In this document: positions 59,539 to 64,000 of the stretch, piece after piece
How positions within the stretch are numbered: the stretch's first letter is position 1
How the letters are laid out: every line of letters starts with the position of its first letter
The notes under the pieces: generated by a model
Seen by the model: only the letters and a program-made list of their open reading frames with translations
Told to the model about the DNA's origin: nothing
Database searches by the model: none
DNA from: Novakomyces olei
Taxonomy: Eukaryota
Assembly: GCA_016906335.1 (NCBI GenBank)
Contig: JADEYG010000002.1
Span: 248,001-312,000 of the forward strand
Length of the DNA stretch: 64,000 nt
Direction of reading: 5' to 3'
Program-made: the position numbers and the translations under genes

Positions 59539-60324
59539 ATGCTTCGCACAAAAGCCGCCCCAATCTTTCGCTTACAGTGGAGACGTATGGCGTCAAACGT
59601 TAAAGACGACTATATATTCGCACCTCCGCGGTACCAGTATACGCGTGGAAAACTGGAGGCGTCTGATCTGGACCAGCGTGATCCCTTTTACGCGTTTAGT
59701 CAATGGTTCGAGCATGCAAAAGACTGTGGAGAGATTCCCTCACCCGAAGCAGTAACCTTGTCAACCTGCTCGCTGCCCTCCGGCCGTGTTTCCGCTCGGA
59801 TGGTGCTGTTAAAGGAACTGGATCATCGAGGCTTTGTCATATACAGCAATTGGCAGACTTCAAAGAAAGGTCGGGATATTGCTAGTAACCCGCGAGCCTC
59901 TCTTACATTTTGGTGGGAAGCTTTACAGCAGCAGGTGCGTGTCGAAGGGTTTACAGAAAGGCTGCCGGAATCCGAGTCGCAAGTCTATTACGATACGCGT
60001 CCACGCGGCTCGCGTTTGGGTGCGTGGGCTTCACCTCAGAGTCAAGCAATTGCAGATCGCAGTGTGCTCGAAGAGCGTTTAAGTGCCGTGGAGGAGAGGT
60101 TTAAAGATGCTGGGGACAATATTCCAGTACCGGATTTTTGGGGTGGTCTTCGTATCGTACCCGACGAGATTGAGTTTTGGCAAGGCCGTGAAAATAGACT
60201 GCACGACCGATTCGTGTATCGGCGAACACTACCGGCTCCTCAACAGGAGGCGGAAAATGTCGTAGACTTGGACGCGTCAAGTGAGCAAGAGTGCCTCTGG
60301 AAGTTTGAAAGGCTGGCTCCTTGA
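59539..60324 (+). CDS. PDX3: Pyridoxine/pyridoxamine 5'-phosphate oxidase
   Basis: VSARMVLLKELD, QVRVEG, RPRGSRLGAWASPQS, EFWQGRENRLHDR, ERLAP. Confidence 0.97.
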   Translation: MLRTKAAPIFRLQWRRMASNVKDDYIFAPPRYQYTRGKLEASDLDQRDPFYAFSQWFEHAKDCGEIPSPEAVTLSTCSLPSGRVSARMVLLKELDHRGFVIYSNWQTSKKGRDIASNPRASLTFWWEALQQQVRVEGFTERLPESESQVYYDTRPRGSRLGAWASPQSQAIADRSVLEERLSAVEERFKDAGDNIPVPDFWGGLRIVPDEIEFWQGRENRLHDRFVYRRTLPAPQQEAENVVDLDASSEQECLWKFERLAP

Positions 60325-60717
60325 GATAGAAGGGCAAAAGAAATATGATTAGATGCGAATTGGAATGGAGATTAAAAGTGATGAAGTTTATGTGCACAAA
60401 AAAAAAGGGGGTAAAGTAGAGCGCAGGCTTATGGTCTGCACGGCGAGCTGTCCGTAACGGCGAATGGTGTCCAAACAAACCTGCAGTTTGAAATACATTA
60501 AATGTCCCATACGTCCCATACGTCCCATACTTTGGCTATATTATTATAGTTATTATTTTAATAATTATTATTTTGAATAAAGGGTGCTTATAATCGCTAT
60601 TACATAAAAGCCAAAAAGAGCAGTAGCGTAAATGGTTGATTATATTGAAACTATATATAGGGCCATCGCGGTGTATAGGCAAGACAACATTTGGGCCCGA
60701 GCAGCACAGACGACGAT

Positions 60718-61911
60718 ATGGAGGAGGAAAGTAGCGGTAAGCAAAATAAAAAGACGCGCACACTTACGATTGCTAGAGCTATCAATCTACCAGCGCATGT
60801 TTTACACTGGCAGCTTGACCGAATTGCTGGAAGAAGACACGTCACAAGTGTCCTCTGAACATCAGACGGCTGTTTCCTCACTCAAAGCGCGTGCTTGCTT
60901 GGCCAAAGGCGATTTGGAAGCTGCTCTTGCTCTTTTCTCAGGAAATGACGAATATACGTTTGCTCTACAAGTTTTGTCTTCCCGAGAACCGAAGCCGATG
61001 CCAGATACTGTCGCTGATCCGGGTTTAGCCATCCTTTATGCCATCAGCTTTATACGGCGGGAGGAGTATGATCAAGCAGCCAGCTTGCTCTCGCCATATG
61101 CAGCACGCAATGTAGAATGGTACGTCGCTTCATACTATTGGTTGTTTTTGCTATTTTTGTCTATTTTAATTTTGTGTTAGTTTTTCTTTTTATCCGTTCT
61201 CAATTAATCTGACATGAATCCAGTGTTCTACTTCTGGTTTTAATAAATTTGCTAAAATGGGATCTTCCCTCGGCACAAGCATTAGTAAATCAGGCAAAGG
61301 ATTGGTCACACGATCACATGCTCGTTCAGATTGCGGAAGCATGGACACTTTTGCGGACGGTAAGCACACAATCCTATTCAGCGGTTTAATTAATGGCCAG
61401 AACAAAAAGGAAAATGCCATGTCTGCTTACTATCTTTTCGATGAGCTGGCTTCCACCTCTTCGTCGACTTTAGCAAATACGGCGGCGTCTGTTTCGCAAT
61501 TGAAAGCAGGCTCTGTCACGACTGCCCTGGAAACTCTACAGGAGGACCAGAGTGATAAGGAACGTGATTCTGATCGCACTTTTGACAATATTGTGATTCT
61601 CGCGTTAGAGGGCCTGCCGTGGACAGAGAAGAAGGAGTAAGTTGTGAATGCCTTTGACTTTTATTACCGAATATTTTCATTTTTAATTTCTCGATATTCT
61701 TATTGCCATTTTATTTGCAATTTAAAAATCATTTTTAATCGTTCTTTTTTGAATCATCAAGTAGTTGAAAATAATGATTGATTATTTTATGGATTTGTCA
61801 CTAACAAGCAACAGGCAACTGCTCAAGGAGGAGCCTCAGTACCCGGCTCTTACTGCGATTGCCGCAAAATCGGAAGAGTTCGACGCTTTGGCAAAGCAGT
61901 TGGCAGCATAG
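60718..61911 (+). CDS. SEC28: Coatomer epsilon subunit
   Basis: MEEESS|ELSIYQRMFYTG...KARACLAKG...SAYYLFDEL...KSEEFDAL, TPR-like, multi-exon. Confidence 0.75.
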
Positions 61912-62480
61912 GAAGAGATTATATAATACTAAACGCCAAAATCATTAGCAGAGAAATATTTGGATTTTTGATCGACTTTTGGCCGAATTGCTGTCAGTCC
62001 TCATAGCCAGTCACAAATTAATAGTATGGAGTAATGCAATGTGCTAGATTTGGGGTATATCATGCTAATTATTTATTTATTTATTTAGAATAGAGGGAGA
62101 GCCAGCGACTAGCAAGTATGGAATTAAAGTTCAACTGCAAAGATTACCGTGCCGCATAGAGAGTCTTGTATGTAATACATACACAATATAATAGAGTAGA
62201 ATATAAATGACACATGCAGAAAAGTGGGGTTAGTGGGGGAAAGTGTCACCCTACACTTGCGTACTGCTACTATGGCAAAACTAAAACTGGTAATTATTCT
62301 CTTTCCCAATGTTATACACGTCCCCTCCATAACACGTAATATTAATCCATGGTAAAATCGCTGCTCCACGACTGACGTAAACTGCAGATAGCAACCGAAT
62401 GGTCTTTACTGTAGAAGACTCCGCTCTGAGAATAACATTACGAATTTGTAGTTGCAAGCTGCAAACTGACCCGTTCAATT

Positions 62481-63558
62481 ATGGCTCATGCAGTGCGCGA
62501 TAGCACTGCCATTGCTGCAGATGATGCAGCCGCACCAACAATAGCTGACGCTGTTGCGGCGCCCACACATTCGATCAAAGACGGCGACGGCCAGAGTGCG
62601 CCTTTGGGCGGCCGTAATCTATTGATTTTCTCAGATTTTGATGGCACTATCTTCAAGCAGGTATGCAGCGGATAAAGGGTATCGTCAATTTTAACAACAC
62701 AGGATACAGGACACTTGATTTTTGATGCGTACGGGTGCGGACCGGAAAGGCGTAAGGATCTGGCGGACGCCATCGAGTCTGGAACTGACACGTTTCGTGA
62801 TGCTTCTGATAAATTATGGGGTTCGGTGCAAGTTTCGTTCGATAAAGCGTACCAGCTGATGGTTGACAAACTGGAAATGGACCCTGATTTCCCAAAATTC
62901 AACCAGTTTTGTGTTAGCAATCACATACCTTTTGCCATTATCTCGGCGGGTGTACGTCCGCTGTTACGAGCTATACTGGATCACTTTTTGGGGCAGCAAG
63001 TGGTAATTTAGAAACATGGTTTTGACTATAGCTATTGGCTCATTTGGCAAACTCTTCGTTCCTTTATTCTACTGTTATTCTCTTGAACGTTTGCTTGTTT
63101 TATAATTTCGGAAACTTAATTGTCTTTTGCTGACACTGCAGTCGAGGCATATCGATATCATTTCTAATGATGTGAAAATCGACGCTCAGGGCCACTGGAC
63201 ACCCGTTTGGCGCCATGGTGATAGTCCATTGGGCCACGACAAATCGCTTAGTATCAAGGAGGTACGCAAGGCCCATGCAAACTGCAAAGTAGCACCGCTT
63301 ATCGTTATGATCGGAGACGGAGTCTCTGATTTAGCTGCAGCACGAGAGGCAGATGTGCTTTTCGCGAAACGTGGTCTTCGTTTAGAAAGCTATTGTCTTG
63401 AAAACAAGATCCCACATACTCCATTTGATCGATTCAGCGATGTGCAGCATGCGATTGTACGTCTAGTGCGTGAGGACTATGAACATCGCCAAACGCATGG
63501 TCGTCCTAAATTTTATAGAGCAATATCTCGCGCAGTAGCTGAAGCGGAAACATTATAG
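62481..63558 (+). CDS. HAD-superfamily phosphatase (MtnX/PYP1-like)
   Basis: FSDFDGTI, IISAG, GHDKS, IGDGVSDLAAA, LFAK. Two introns. Confidence 0.88.
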
Positions 63559-64000
63559 CCCTTGCTGTCATTCAGTCATATTAGCGTATCTACATCGATG
63601 TCTAGTGAGATAAGTTATTTATTAACTATTTTTTGTAAATGTTTCGATACACTGGAATCCAAGGTCGTAAAGTTAGAATACTACCTTTGATCCAATACGA
63701 GTTCGTGAAGCGCGGAGACAAGTGCCAGCATTCAAAATGTAATGAAATTCTCATTAGTGTTTCCTTTCACCAAAGCGGAGAACTACAAATTTGGGTTATA
63801 TAGGGAAACTCTCGCTTTCCGGGGTATACTAAAGCCGTTATCGTGATACATATGTATAGGATAAACAAGTTAGACTACACAGGTCTAGACAGCACAAGTA
63901 TAGACTACATAAATATAGGCTATATTTTTTATCCAGATAATCCATACTTGCCTGCAAAGGAGTGCAAAGCACGGCATTACACAATGGCACTTTCTTTACT

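Noticed and set aside
59539-63558. Vitamin B6 cluster (PDX3 plus HAD phosphatase)
   Set aside because: The genes are separated by SEC28, and the phosphatase looks MtnX/PYP1-like, so there is no evidence for PLP specificity.

Overview
Gene-dense, intron-rich fungal nuclear DNA with about 33 protein-coding genes. Introns are mostly short GT-AG with CTRAY-like branch points and AT-microsatellite filler. The proteins, the U2 snRNA, the Homol D/Homol E ribosomal-protein promoter elements and the recalled gene order point to a Taphrinomycotina yeast related to fission yeast (inference). Gene content in order: ERMP1-type M28 peptidase (partial), divergent UPRTase/Urg3(URC4) pair, Nop2, cofilin, PDCD5, MINDY DUB, Pdc1/EDC4-like scaffold, Sde2, Rps10, Rps15, Ate1, Cox12, anthranilate synthase, SIT/ARN MFS transporter, HELQ-type helicase, PPIE-like RRM protein, Pex7, STK19, SppA-like protease, pirin, Vps68, ABCB transporter, GSK3, U2 snRNA (not in the ORF track), PFK2/FBPase2-like protein, Pdx3, Sec28 and a HAD phosphatase, plus several orphans. 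Most notable: (1) an intact two-domain bacterial-type SppA protease with a mitochondrial-type presequence; (2) a very basic AT-hook orphan next to duplicated AACCCTAACCCT (histone-promoter-like) boxes; (3) an ABCB exporter with paired ATCAGATAA iron-GATA sites; (4) a long GSK3 intron with an in-frame alternative donor; (5) a urg2-urg3 pair with no urg1. No transposon, tRNA, rRNA or CRISPR was recognised. All identifications come from reading motifs; no database searches were run.
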